A DNA stretch of 56,253 nt, the filler included, from Sphacelaria rigidula (lineage: Eukaryota), in NCBI GenBank assembly GCA_964200075.2. It is 6 parts of 6 records of this genome, joined end to end, with 100 filler letters (N's around TTAATTAATTAA, not from the genome) between each part and the next. Parts side by side here need not be neighbours in the genome. Positions count along the whole stretch, not along the records: positions 37,571 to 46,862 come from CAXNAA020008829.1; positions 46,963 to 56,253 come from CAXNAA020008830.1; 4 more parts are not named here. One strand, given 5' to 3'. Below the pieces are notes generated by a model. That model was not told the origin of the DNA, made no database searches, and saw only the letters and a list, made by a program, of their open reading frames with translations. The position numbers were made by a program, and so were the translations under genes. Positions within the stretch are counted from its first letter, which is position 1, and every line of letters begins with the position of its first letter. Positions 37,658-50,469 of the stretch are shown here, in pieces.

Positions 37658-38515
37658 TAACACCATTGTTCCCGTGTTGAACGATTCGTACGAGGGTGTC
37701 TCGAGATGAAAATCAGGGGATTTGATGTAGCTGTATTGTTTAGCCGCGCTTATTCGGGAGAACATACCCCCGTTGGTCAATGACCTACGCAATACCTACT
37801 TCCTTTGTTCAACGATCAAAATCTCTACTAACTGTGCGCAGCATACGCAAGATGATGGCATTGATACCGGGCAGTCCGGGTGAGGCGGACGCCGGGGTAA
37901 AATCTCAAGAAGTTATGCTTGCCTCCAACCCAGTTTAGTTGAAGCTAACGACTTTTAATATTGGAAGCTATATTTTCTCGTGCCACGAGCCGAAGCTCCA
38001 GAAATGCGCTGAAGAGGGAGTACCTTACCTTGTGGCGTTCCAAGCGATGGCCTCTGTTTCTCCTTGTCGAAATGTCAGGGTAAGCGATCCTCCCGTAGCC
38101 TGGCATCTGTAGCATTAAGCAGGGTACGGCGAAGCTTGGAGGCTCCCGCTGGCAATAACTCGTTATTTTTCATTACAGTGGGTGACCTTTGCCTTCTCGG
38201 GCGTTGATCTAAGCCACACTTGATGAAGTGAGCTTCGAAGGTAGCAAATAGCAAATATTTCTCAAACCGTAACAACTTTTCATGCACTCTTGCGCACATA
38301 TTTCATTACCATGAAATTTACAAACTTGCAGCCGGACCCCCAAGCTGCATTTTCTGCGGTAGCGACACAAGTGTGCATCTTGCTGTGCGTTGATCCTAAC
38401 TTGTCGGGAAGACTGCATGGAACCTCGGGAATGGGGCTCAAAGCACAAGCCGTTCGCCAAAACACAGCATTGCCGCAACGCTCCGATGTGTACCAAGAAC
38501 AACGATGTACTTAAC

Positions 38516-41500
38516 GTGATTAACTGCACTTCGTTATCCTGTCCCCAGGTTCCAGGGTCATCTCCAGTAGGACATACCCTTTCCGTGCAGTCGTACCCCG
38601 CATACCCATCATCGCACAAACACCTGATCGAGAACGGGATCAACAGCAGCACAGAACCGCCAAGAGCATATCAGGTTAGCTTCTGAAATAGATTCAACAA
38701 CTCAGTTGCCTCAACGCACTGGCCTGCGCAGCAGCACCTACATAAGCGATGCGCCAAGTGGAGCTCCCCGGCCACTTCTATCTCTGTACCGCCTGTCGCT
38801 CGTACCATAGGCGACCTCTCCTGGCACTTTTGGAGCTGGCGAGAGACAGTGTTCTTGTGCTTTCTGTACACAAACCCCCCCGAGCCTCCTCACTCCCTTG
38901 TGTCCTTACCTGTGTTGACTTTTCCATCACTTCTCTTACCCGTATACTCGATGAGCATCCCAGGTAGAGCCTTCGTTTGGGTCGTCCCCGTATGTGTAGT
39001 CGGTGGCGTCTCCGTTGCTCTCCGCCGCAAGAGCAAGCTCGGCCATTGTCACGCACCTATCGCCGGAGCAATCCACGGCGCAGCAGCCAGTTGTTCTCAT
39101 CTTCAGCACGTCGTGGAGTTACCACAGTCGTGAGGAAAAGAGTACGTGGTACTTGGCGCTGTAAACTCCTTAGATGAGGATACGGAGACCCACATACGGC
39201 CACATGCAACCGTCTAATCGTCTGGCACGAGAACAGCCACAACACTGATAAGCTCGATTCGATTCGAGTGGTAAAGCACGTAAACCGATCACTTCTAACG
39301 ACTGTTTAATTTAGCAGCACCGTCTAACCTTCCGTGGGTGTGACAGGCGTCGTCAGTGCCACCCGCACATATCATATACTCGCACGCTGCTCCATGAAAC
39401 AGCCCGCCGCACTCGCACTGTCCTGTCTCGCGGTTACACAGCCCCCCGTCGGAGCACTCCGTTCGCACGTCATGTGCCTTTTCGTCTTCGCTACAGCCGA
39501 AACGGTTGAAGCGGACGAGACAGGGGGGAGGGGGGAGGGTACTCATTTGTTGCTTGCCTTAGTCGTTTGGCCATTGACCACGCATCCCTTTCGAGACGGA
39601 GCAAGGGGGGGCATTTGCTTCGAACCCCAGCTGCAGGAGACGGCCAATTAAGAGAGTGAACACAGCTAAACCTACTACTTGTGTCAGCGACGCTTTTCAC
39701 ACACCACGAAATGCGATGTATGTGGCGCGGCTATTCCGGGGAACGCAGCATTTGCATGGTGTAGGATCAGTATTTCACACCCTTCAGGGGGTGCGGCCGG
39801 CCCTTTGAGAGACGAGCTATTGCTCGTGCTCATTTATCTGCCTTCTTTCACTGCCTCGCACATCGTTGTAGATCCTGAACATCGCGTACGGCTAGTAGCA
39901 CTATTCTTGGCAACCGAGAAGGTTGGCCTCGGTGTTTTAACAGCCTGTCGTAAACCTGAAGTGAGTTTTGCTTCCAGTGCAGCAGCACGAACGTTCAGCT
40001 TCTGACAGCGTGAGTTGAGCCTTCTCATCCATTGCTCCTGTGGGTACTCCACGTTCGCTACCCGAAACCTCTTTTTCTTGGAAGTTTATATCGGTATATG
40101 TGCCACATTGCCTCCCGTTGCCACGCGTTTCCGTGGCTGGATATAGCTGTGCAACCTTGCCGTTACGAATTTCACGCAAACATTGTGAGCAGGGCAATCT
40201 TCTCCATATCCTATAACGTCCACTGTAGCTGCTAGCTCGAAGGTTTTCCGGTACGAAGCGAACCGTGAACAATGATGTACTATTTCGTTTCTCTCCTGAA
40301 AGTAAGGGAGAAACCTGACCCAACACTCACGCCGCGAACGAGTTCGTGTGCCGATTACACGGAGGCTCGGCTAGACCGATTCGCGGCAGTCATGTGGGGT
40401 AGGCGCCTCGAGCGTTCGCAAGCTTTGCTCAAGGTAGTGTGAGAGCCCGACCCACTGAAACCCTCGGTCAACTTGGCGCAGCGCACGCGCCGCACCACTC
40501 TGGAGAGCTTCGGCCCTAGTATATTTTACTATGTTGTACAAAGTACCACCTTGGGTAGCTGAACCAACTCGAGCCAAATGGGCAAGAACGCTGAGAGCAA
40601 TCCCCAGCAGTCCATCCATCGTGGCAGTCGCACGTAAAGTCGGTCTCATCGCATGAGCCATGTCCGCTGCACGCCACTTCGCCCGAACACCCGGCCGTTG
40701 TTGTTACCTGATACCCACAGTCTCCGCGAGTTCCCGGTCCGTTGTATCTTTTTCGATGACAAAGTTAAAAAATATCCGATTGCGATGGGATAGCGTGTAA
40801 ATAGTCAAGTCGTGTTCTGCTTTTAGGGCAGAGGTTTTTCTTACGCCATCGATCACGGGACTGGAGTATGTGCGTGTGATTCTATTCGCTGCTGTTTGTT
40901 TTCATGATGCCATTTTTTGTCTCCCCCTTCTTAAAGGGTGTATAATTCGTTCGCCGTTGACATGGCTCCACTTGAACGACACCGGCGAGTTGAAACCAAG
41001 ACCTGAACAAGGAACTTACGCTCGCTGAAGTCGGTGTACCCACCAGTATAGTATTCGACACCGCTTTGGATCTACGGTACTTTTGCGGCTGGAGCACCAC
41101 GCTGTGCTTTAGTCTACCAGTTCGACTCACCCATCACTGCTCGCGAAAATGTCATCGTTCGAGGAGAAGCACTGGCATACACCCTCGTGTGGGTCACATA
41201 TTCCCCGGTTGGAGCACTCCTCGTTCTCCTTTGTACCTTTAATAGATGTATGCCTGTACACACAAAAGGTCGGTGGTTATTCGAAGGCAAAGTGCAGCAC
41301 GCATGTTCGTGTTTTCCTTCTACACTGCGAGCGTGTCCCGTGCACATTGCACCAAGCGCTTCGGGGAGACGGCTATAGCGATCACGTTGGCATGTTTTGC
41401 AGGTGATCCCGCGGAGTATCTACGACGTATCCCTTGAGGTGCTCGATATCGTTCGGCAACAGTGGAACGCTTCGGATGCCTCAATTTGCGTCCTACTCTG

Positions 41501-44500
41501 TCATCCACTGCTTGTTCTGAGCTTGTCGTGGCGTTGTTCTCACCCGACAGCGTCAGAATCGTACACCGTGCTACCGTCGGCAGTGATGCTGAGCTCCGTC
41601 ACCGACCCGGCTGTGAGACCATTGTAAGACCACATGGGAGAGAGGGAGCCAAAATTCCCCAAGAATTCCACCTGAAAAAGTGCGATTGATCATATACGCG
41701 GTTGGAGCTTATCAAGTGTCAAGGTATTCAAGGGTTTCCAAGAAACGTTGGCAAATAATATCTCGTTTTCCCAGGGACACTTTCCACGATAGCTTCTCCC
41801 CCCCCAAAAATGGCTGGTCTGGGAAGGCAAAATCTACACGTAAATCGAGATGAAGAACGCCGAGCACAACGAGCAGCTGGGGATTCCCACGATTCGGTTC
41901 GTTTTCGCCAATGTCGCCCATGTAAGGTGCTTCATGCAGCCTGAAACCAAACATCAGGCGCTGTATGACTATTTTTTTCGTGACGGTCTTGGCCTAGTTT
42001 TGGGCGGGGGGGAGGCGTACTAATTTGTTGCTTGCCTTGGTCGTTTAACCATTGACCACGCATTCCGTTCGAGACGAAGCAGCTTGTTTCGGGAGGGGGG
42101 TCTATTGTAGAAAAACACCAGGATTCAAACCAAGCACGACCTATGATTGTTGCCATGTGTTGCTGTCACATTCAAACTTGTCTCACTTGAGGAGAACTCT
42201 CTTAGAACACAACGTTGACTTTGAAACAAGATGTACTATACATTCAGGAAACCGAACGGTAACTCATGAAAGTGCCTCGTCAGCTGATCACAAACCGCAC
42301 ACGCCCACCGAAGCGATTATCCATCAACCGTCGTAAATTCTGCATAAACATAATAAACCTTCCTCACCCCGTGCCCAACGAACCACCTTCGAGCCACAAA
42401 CGCCAACAATAATCACAACAACGACCCAAAGCGTCGTACAGTAGTTCGATGAGCATCCTCAATCCCAATAATGGCCAAACGTCGAGGACCAGATGGGCAT
42501 CTACCCTGTAGAAAACGGTGAAAAAAACAAACCATACATATATGTAGGTCTTCGTATCCTCCAAGACCCTGATACTCTATCCAACCACTCGGTGAATATT
42601 CTTCTCACACCCATATTGTCAGGGCTACCACGTCTGTTCCATGGACGATGGACAAGGATACTTGAATTACTGGCGTCGCGATCATGTCACAAAGTTTGCT
42701 GATATTGTAGATGACGCCGCACAACAATCCTCAACGGGGAGCTCAGCTGGTGTGCAGACGTGCGCATCAACAACTCGTTTAGACGCGGCGTGCAAATTTA
42801 AATGAGAAACCCACGTCAACTGCCTGAAGGGAGCCCATGAAAACCCCACAGACGATCGCAATTGCCAACGGCATAGAAAGAGAAAGTAGCGGAGAACATT
42901 TCCGATTTTGAGGTTATAACGCACAGTAGGTACCGTCAATTGATCCGATCACACACCTGTATAACGTTTATTGCCGATGTGTTACACGCTCCGCTTGAGG
43001 GGATGGAGAAAGTCACATCGACGCCCTGGAGGATAGAAATTGAGTGCAGGGCGCTCTCCACGTCCTCCTCGTCAGAATCGTACAATAGTGTTCTGGAAGC
43101 GTAACCTTCGTAGTACAGAACGAACGAACCCGCTGTGGCCTGACAGAGGCAATCGAGGAAAGAGTCATTGCAGAGAGTAGCGTCGTCAACACAGGTTCCT
43201 CATCGGGGACACATGTCGACTGTACAGGGGATACCGGCAAGAAGAGCCAGGAAGCTCTATGCTCACGCACTTCTGGCGTTTTCGGAAGGCGACAATGTTG
43301 CGGAAGTCGCAAGCTCCTCGCACAAGCACCAACCTTATGTATCGATTTCGCCGTATTTTCGTGTACTTCTCACGTGTATGCTCAGTTCGGCGGCAAGAAG
43401 CGGTGTGTTGCACAGCTCACGAATGAAAAAAACGTAGCCATTATTTCTGCTATAAACATGTAATATTGTGGTTCATCAGAAATTTTGTCGGAGCACAGCA
43501 GAAGATTTCCTCGGTGGTTGGCAGGGCAGCATTCCAAAATTTTGTCGGTGGCTGACAAGGGCGCATTCCACCCGACAGCTCGATATTTCGTTCACTTGAA
43601 ATTAGAGTGCGTTTGTTTCCCGTCGAGCTCTGCCAGAAACGTTAAAATTTCGTCCGAGCACAGCACGATTTTTTCTTGGTGGCTGACAGGGCAACATTCT
43701 CCCCGACAGCTCGCCATTCCGCTCACTCGAAAGTAGAGTACCTGGGAGCCTACTTGAATACGCTAATCTCCATCCTAACCCCGATGAAAGCGGACCGAAC
43801 TTCCGGGGAGCGACCGTGTTCTACGTGGTCAAAGGGTGCGTTGTTCTACGGGCGTCGGTGTGAGTAAAAACACGTTTCGGTGCCGCGTGCCGCGCGCACA
43901 AAAGTTCCCCTGCATCGCAAGGGAACCGGGTGTTATGAAAACCGAGAAAAAGCCCGCATGGCGATCCTGATTTCGGCGTCTGCGGGCAATTATCGTACGC
44001 ATCGCTCTTTTCAGGGTCAACTTTTGGGGCCACGGACACTTTCTATGATAGCCCCTCCCCCCTCAAGAAGTGGCTGATTTGGGGAGGTAAAAGTTACACG
44101 TAAATCGAAATTAGAAAATGCCGAGCACAACGAGCAGCTGGGGATTCCATTCCCACGCTTGGGTTCGTTATCGCCAACGTCTCCCATATGAGGCGTTTCA
44201 TGCAGCCTCAGAATACGAACCACCGGTAGAATGTGTTTTTACAGTCGGAATGTGTATCTTTCCTGGGTTTGAGTCAGAATTGGACCCGCGAGATTGTGGC
44301 GTGGATTACCGCAGAAGGTCCCGGTGATACAAGGACGACGGGTATTTATACGTGTGTTCAATGTGTACTTCCGTGAATATGCAACAAGCAGAGGGGGGCT
44401 TCGTGACACAGGAGGCTAGGGTTCCATTTCTACCTTTAGAGGGATTGCACGAGGAACGATCTACTTCAATGTATCCATCACACATCTTGGAATCGATCTA

Positions 44501-45379
44501 CTGAGCGTGGCGACGGAAGCCACCGAAAACCTTGTACTTTGTATTGAGGTTGAGCCCGAAGCAATTCGGTAACACAAACGTCCAGTGAATGAAACGCCTC
44601 CTCGCTCACCTGACACACAACCAGTTGGACTTCGTTAACTTGGCCGGAAGTGAGCGGGTCATCTCCGCGCGGGCACTCGCGGAGGCTACAATCGAATCCA
44701 TGGTACCCGGTGTCGCACACGCAAGTGTGAAGCTTGTCGCTGTCCCACACCTGTTAACCGCCATCCAGCCCAACGAGGTGGATATTTGCGGCGTAGCGAT
44801 GAACGACATCAATGTGGACAGGATCGAGCGTGTCTCCAGGAGCTTTTCTATTCCTTCCTCACTTGCTAATCGTGACAACACCTATGGGGCGCTTAAGTGA
44901 GCCACACGAGCATACGACCACAAACAAAAGGTTCGACATTGGATCGCTGACGACATACTGCATACCCACTGACGGTACAAAAACATCAATAATATTGTCA
45001 AAGATACGAGACCCTTCATCGGTGTGGGTGGGGTGAAGACATTGTTGACGACAGACAATCGCAGACTGGTGCTCAAACCTCGTCGTATGAGTATTGCACC
45101 GATTCATCGCTGCGAGCCTCTTCGGCAAACTTAGACATAGTACGACACTGCCCATGTCCGGAGCACGATCGGGGGCAGTGGCTTCGCTCGCAAGCTGATC
45201 CAGAGAAGGCGCCCATGCACTGGCATCGGCCAATTTTATGGTTGCAGAGGCCTCGGTTGGAGCACTCAACCTCCCCGTGCGCGGTGTCTACGGCAGTTGC
45301 CGCATCACTCCAAGCGAGGCCCGTTGGGCAGTTTCGCTGAGAGCAATCTCCTCCACTCCAACCGTCCCAACATTCGCAC
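38516..45379 (-). CDS. EGF-like (tenascin-type) repeat extracellular protein; partial gene
   Basis: Phase-consistent GT-AG exons 45379-45079, 44750-44610, 43139-42957, 41671-41544, 41253-41131, 40747-40550, 39490-39329, 39056-38940 and 38623-~38516. Motifs include ECSNRGLC, CSGHGQC, CVCDTGYHGFDCSLRECPRGDDP..NEVQ, GTKENEECSNRGIC and GTRGDCG. Confidence 0.9.
39540..39604 (-). mobile_element. Family B short copy in an intronic G tract
   Basis: Near-identical to 34350-34416, with G runs on both sides. Confidence 0.8.
40281..40519 (+). mobile_element. Second copy of the Helitron-like 240-bp repeat
   Basis: Homologous to 4812-5048, with the same GAGAGCTTCGGCCCTAG|T end. Confidence 0.55.
41776..42118. 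mobile_element. MITE family M2 copy with a nested family B insertion (42017-42090)
   Basis: GACACTTTCCACGATAGC left end, degenerate right end, and TSD CAGG (41772-41775 and 42119-42122). Confidence 0.75.
44035..44222. mobile_element. MITE family M2, truncated copy
   Basis: GACACTTTCTATGATAGCCCC terminus and the shared core GCCGAGCACAACGAGCAGCTGGG. Confidence 0.75.
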
Positions 45380-46767
45380 CTCAAGACGTAGAGTACCGAG
45401 ATATTACGGGACAGTTATGTCAACCATAAGGTATAAAATCTCTTGGGGTAAGGCGCGGTTTGGACAATATTGTTGGTGGCAGATCAAATATAGAAGTCAT
45501 TTTGAGCGGTATTGTTATGGGGAGGTAGTTGGCACGATTCGTGATACGGAACTGATACGAACGCCCCCCTGCTCGATTGTGCTCGGTGCCAACTGGGAGG
45601 TATCACGCCAGCTTTGGTGTGGTGAGACCTCATATCCCTATTGAGTTGGCAGGATTCTGGGAAAGCATTCTCGAAATCTCTACTTCAAACCATACACACC
45701 ACCACTGACCATCTCTCCTTCGCCAGTACAGCACAATACGGTATAGTAGCCGTAGCTGCGCCTGATGTGTGTTGCAAACTTATGCAGGAGATCATAGAGA
45801 ATAGACAGCGATGAGCATCCCTGCAGAGAGTTGACAGTACAGTACTACTGTGGCGGGTTTTCGGTGGCGCTCTCGTGCATTCAACTATTTGTAATAGTTG
45901 TGATCACAGAAAAAACCGAGAAACACAGAGACGAAAACTGCGGCACTCTCAAAACTAGAGCCACCACCGCAACGGTGGTATGGCCACTGTAGGATGTACT
46001 ACAACCCAATCATTTACAATTCTACCTTGCTCAGAATTCTGCATCATGTGTGAGCATCATCAGAAGACGTTGGCGAGGTACAATATATGCTCCATAAGGC
46101 AAGTTTCTTGTGGCAGTCGTGTCCTGCGTCTCCATGCAAAAACGTATTTGGCACACACCGTATATGTGCACTGTTGCACGACAGTGGTACATTACAGTTT
46201 AGTACAACAGTCGTGCGAAAGAACTGTATCGTAGATGTGTGCTATCATCGATGGGTATCGGGAGGTTCATGCATCTGCGGTGGTGAGGATGGGCAGAGTT
46301 ACGAGTCACTGCTGCTCTTGTCTCCATCTTCAGCAGGGTTGGAAGATTCAGCACTGAACAGGGGGTGTAGTACATGCAGTGCTTTTGAAAAGGGGGTGGA
46401 TTCTGGCTCGGAGTGGTGGTGCGGATGCAGAAGACATCGAAGATCCGATCAAGTATTTGCCACCGAACAGCCGTGAAGAATCGATTTCCCCAAGGGGATA
46501 GAAAAGTTGGAAGTCCTCGACAGTCATGCTTTGTCTTCTCGTTTTTTGCTCGTCTCTTTTCCTGATACATATCCTCATGCACGTCGACCAAAACCCGCTC
46601 GCACTCGGTCCGTTGTGGAGATGAGAGATGACGTCCCCACTCTCGTCCCAAATAAAATGTGCGTTAAAACTAGGCGGCTCTACAGCTTAGCTTGTACGCT
46701 AGGCTTGTGACCTTTGATAGCTAGCAGTTGAGAGGTGTATACAGCACCATCATATATTGAGCTACTG

Positions 46768-46862
46768 TATATATATATATATATATATATACGAGCTGGG
46801 CCAGCCCAGAAACGGATTTAACCTGGCAGAGCAATATCTCATCACCGGAAACGAATTGGGCC
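46768..46862. mobile_element. (TA)n microsatellite followed by the end of a Tc1/mariner-type MITE
   Basis: 46792-46862 matches the reverse complement of 6941-7011. Confidence 0.8.
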
Positions 46863-46962
46863 NNNNNNNNNNNNNNNNNNNNNNNNNNNNNNNNNNNNNN
46901 NNNNNNTTAATTAATTAANNNNNNNNNNNNNNNNNNNNNNNNNNNNNNNNNNNNNNNNNNNN
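46863..46962. other. Artificial contig linker
   Basis: Same 100-nt linker. Confidence 0.97.
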
Positions 46963-49900
46963 CGATCGCCGGGGGGGGGGAAGATCCAAACGCCGCTCGT
47001 CGGGGGGGAGGAGGTTCATGGCAGCACCGCCGCCGCCGTCGCCACACCGCTGCTCCACTCGACATATCACACAGTGGAGTTCGAGCCGCCGCCGCCGCCG
47101 CGCCAGCAGACTCCGCCGACTCAGCCGATCCTGCCGCCGCCGCGCCCGCCGACTCCGCCGACTCAGCCGGTACTACCGCCGCCGACGGGCCCGTCCACTC
47201 CGCCGATGCATCGATCGCCGCCGATATCCCCGCCGGTCTTCTCCGGCTCTTCGGCCCCGATCCCATCCCCGATACCGTCAGCATCTTCCTCGACTGCATC
47301 GCGCGATGTATCATCCGCCCCTGAAGTGATGGACCGTTCTTTCTCGCCGCTCCCAATCAACGTGAGGAAGGAGCTGGATCTGGAAACAGACCCCCGGCAG
47401 CCAGAGCGGACGCGGTCAGGGTCGACGCAATACAAGACAGACAAGGCTGCACTCTTGCACCACAGCTGGGGACTCATGCAGCTGTTGGATAAGCGATCTT
47501 TGCTGTCTCTCCTCACGCGCGGCGTAGTTGATGCCGGGCGATAGGGCAACGATGGTGCAAAAGGGGGGCGCGGGGGGATACCGATGTGACTCGCGACGAG
47601 GCTGGCGACGCGTGAAGATATAGATACCGCTTTGCGCGAGCAGCGCCGCACCGGAACTCCCACAATGTCCAGCAAAGGATCTCAAGGTCCCCAACGGACA
47701 CACGCAGGGGGTGCGCTCGGAGTACGGTGATTTATGGGGGGACTCGATGGGGCGGGAATGGCTGGGAATTCTGGAGGCGGGGACGATAGACTCAGCGGAA
47801 AAGCAACTCGTGGACGACTGTATCCATGCAAAGTGGGTATATAACTGGAAGGCGGACGAGTTTGGATGGCCCACGAAGATTAAGTCGAGACTAGTAGCAA
47901 GAGGAGATATGCAGAGGACGAACATGGATTTTGAAGAGTTGTATGCCCCCACTGTAGCAGTTTCTAGCGTACGTTTGTTGGCGACTCTGGCTTGTGAGCA
48001 AAACCTTGCGTAGCGTCATTTTGAGAACGAACAAGCTTTTGTACAGTCTGAGTTGGACGAGGATGTTTTCATGCGGCTGCCACTTGGTTGTGGTAGCTTA
48101 TCTGGTAAAACAGTAAGACTCAACAAAAGTTTGTACGGATTGAAACAGGCAAGTTGGCAGTGGCATAATCACCTGGCGGAGTGTTTATTTGTCTTGGGAT
48201 TTGATCAGTGCTTGGCGGATTCATGTGTAATTCGGTTGATTGAGGATGGCAGGGTGGTTATCACCATTATTGTAGTACATGCAGAAAATATATTCGCAGT
48301 GGGAGAGAAGGACAGATGTGACGAGTTTGGTAAAGATCTCAACACGATGGTTCCAGTCAAGAACCTCGGGGATTTGCGTTGGTATCCTGGACTGTACTAT
48401 GAGATAGATATAGCAAGGGGGACTCTCTGAAAATTTCACAACAAACATACGCACAAGAGTTGGTGAAGGAATACGGAGTAGAGTGGGGAAAAAGTATCCG
48501 CATCGCTGTTGATGCGAAACTTGAAGAGTTCAGTGTAGAAGAGCAGGCAACGGAATTTCCGTTTCGGGAATTGATAGGGTCACTGATGTGGCTGGCATAT
48601 CAAACGAGGCCAGACATATCTAACGCAGTACGTGCAGTGGCGAGGTACTGTGCCTCACCAAAACACTTTCCTTGGCGCACTGCGCTTGGTATTTGGGGGT
48701 TTGTTAGGCGAACAAGTTCACTGGGGATTTCTTTCCGCAGAGGAAGTATACAGGGGTTGAGCTTTCATGTATTTGCAGACGCAGACTACGCAAGTGAGGC
48801 AGCTGATAGGCGGTCGGTATCAGGAGGGCTAGTGATGTGTGGAGGTGGATGTGTGTTTTGGCTTTCAAGGACTCAGAAATGTGTGACGCTGTCCACAACG
48901 GAAGCAGAGTACGTTGCCATGACAGCTATTCTGAAGGAAGTATTGTTTTTGAGACAGGTTTGGAGTCATCCTACGATAGGGGGGGGGGGGGATTTTGGGC
49001 AATTTGTTGCTCGAAATTTCGAGTCAGTGCGTAGTTGAAAGAAGCAAGCGTTGTTCGNNNNNNNNNNCGTTTTTCGTGCAACCAAATACCCCCCCCCTAT
49101 CGTAGGATGACTCTTTGGCGTTTCATGTTGCCGCAGATGGGAATGCCATGCACCCCGGTGTTTGAGGATACTCAGGGAGCTATTCAATCAGCAAAGAACC
49201 AAATCATGAACTCCAACTCCAAACACATCGACGTACGGCATCATTTTATCAGAGAGTTGGTTGGGAGGAATGAGGTTTCGGTTATTCACGTGAGATCGAA
49301 GTATCAACATGCAGATTTCCTCACTAAAGTGTTGCCGACAGTTTTTGGGGTTTCATCGTAATATTATCACGAACATCATGTAGAGTCTGCAGCACACTGG
49401 TACATTGGTTTGGTTCGGTTTAAGCTGGTTTGATTTATTTTCGGGGACATTAATCCACCTCGGAAACGTAGGGGTACGAGGCCATGGTTGCAAGATTTTA
49501 TTCTCGACAAGTACGGCCGGATTTGATTTTTTGTTGCAGACAAAATATTTTTCAATGGTTTTTAGTGTTGGATTTCGATCTTCGACGGGTACGATGGGAT
49601 TTGATTTTTTGTTGTTGAAGACGAAATATTTTTTCAATGGTTTTTGGTGATGGACTTCGAGTGCCACAAAAGTTGCAGTAGTAAATATCGGAAACTGGAC
49701 TGGTTTTCGAGTTTGCGTTTGGTTGATGTACTTCTGTATATTGTCGAATGTATCTCTGAGATTTTTTACATTTTGGTTTGAGATGATTTGAGTTTTTGAA
49801 CCCAAATTCGTTTTCAGTACTGAAAGGCGTGATGGGATAGATGAAGAGCATGAATATGTCATGACGTATTGAGGGGAAGGACTAAAGGAAGGAGTTTCAG

Positions 49901-50460
49901 TTTGCTAAGTAGATGACGTTACCGTATGTCTGCACACGGATGGGACGACTTTTTTCGTGCTTGGTAATATAGGATTGAATATTGTCGTTTTCGGGATGAA
50001 ACATCCTCGTACATTCAGATGAAAAATACGTCTATTGGAGTTTGAGACCTGAGCAGAATTAGGCCGTGAGTAGGAGGGCTAATCGAGTATGAGAGTATGA
50101 GACTTCAGAATTAAGTAGAGTTGAGCCGTGAGTAGGAGGGTTGATCGAATATACTCACACTCAATGATAGATACATGTAAACAGGCCTGAATGCGAGGGA
50201 AGTGGATATTGTGATTGGATCATGACATATGGGTGAAGGGCAAACAAGAGATACAGTTCTGTTATTAAAGGTGTACCCGATGTGTTGGTTGCAGCAAAAA
50301 TCTGCTGAGAGGCACACGCCCAATCGCGTGGCCAAGGAATCAGGCTCTGACGTGTTATTTTTGCATGAGTGGTTTTTCATGATTAAACCCCGCCCCTTTT
50401 TTGGTAGTGCACTTTTTGGGTTTCAACGTTTTGGGTGGAGAGTGGAACATACATTAGTCA
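46963..50460 (+). mobile_element. Ty1/Copia LTR retrotransposon 3' half (RT, RNase H, PPT, 3' LTR), inactivated
   Basis: KWVYNWK...KSRLVARG, YAPTV, LNKSLYGLKQAS, FRELIGSLMWLA.QTRPDI, ADADYA...DRRSVSG, LSTTEAEYVA, SKHIDVRHHFIRE and QHADFLTK, with stops and frameshifts. A PPT-like GAGTAGGAGGG at 50130-50140 precedes an LTR of ~50142-50460 (TGA...TCA). Confidence 0.92.
48963..49113. mobile_element. MITE family M3 (GAG...CTC termini, 4-bp TSD) inserted in Copia RNase H
   Basis: TIR GAGTCATCCTACGATAGGGGGGGG / CCCCCCCCTATCGTAGGATGACTC with TSD TTTG. Removing it restores LRQVWRFML. Confidence 0.9.
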
Positions 50461-50469
50461 ACAAGGGAA

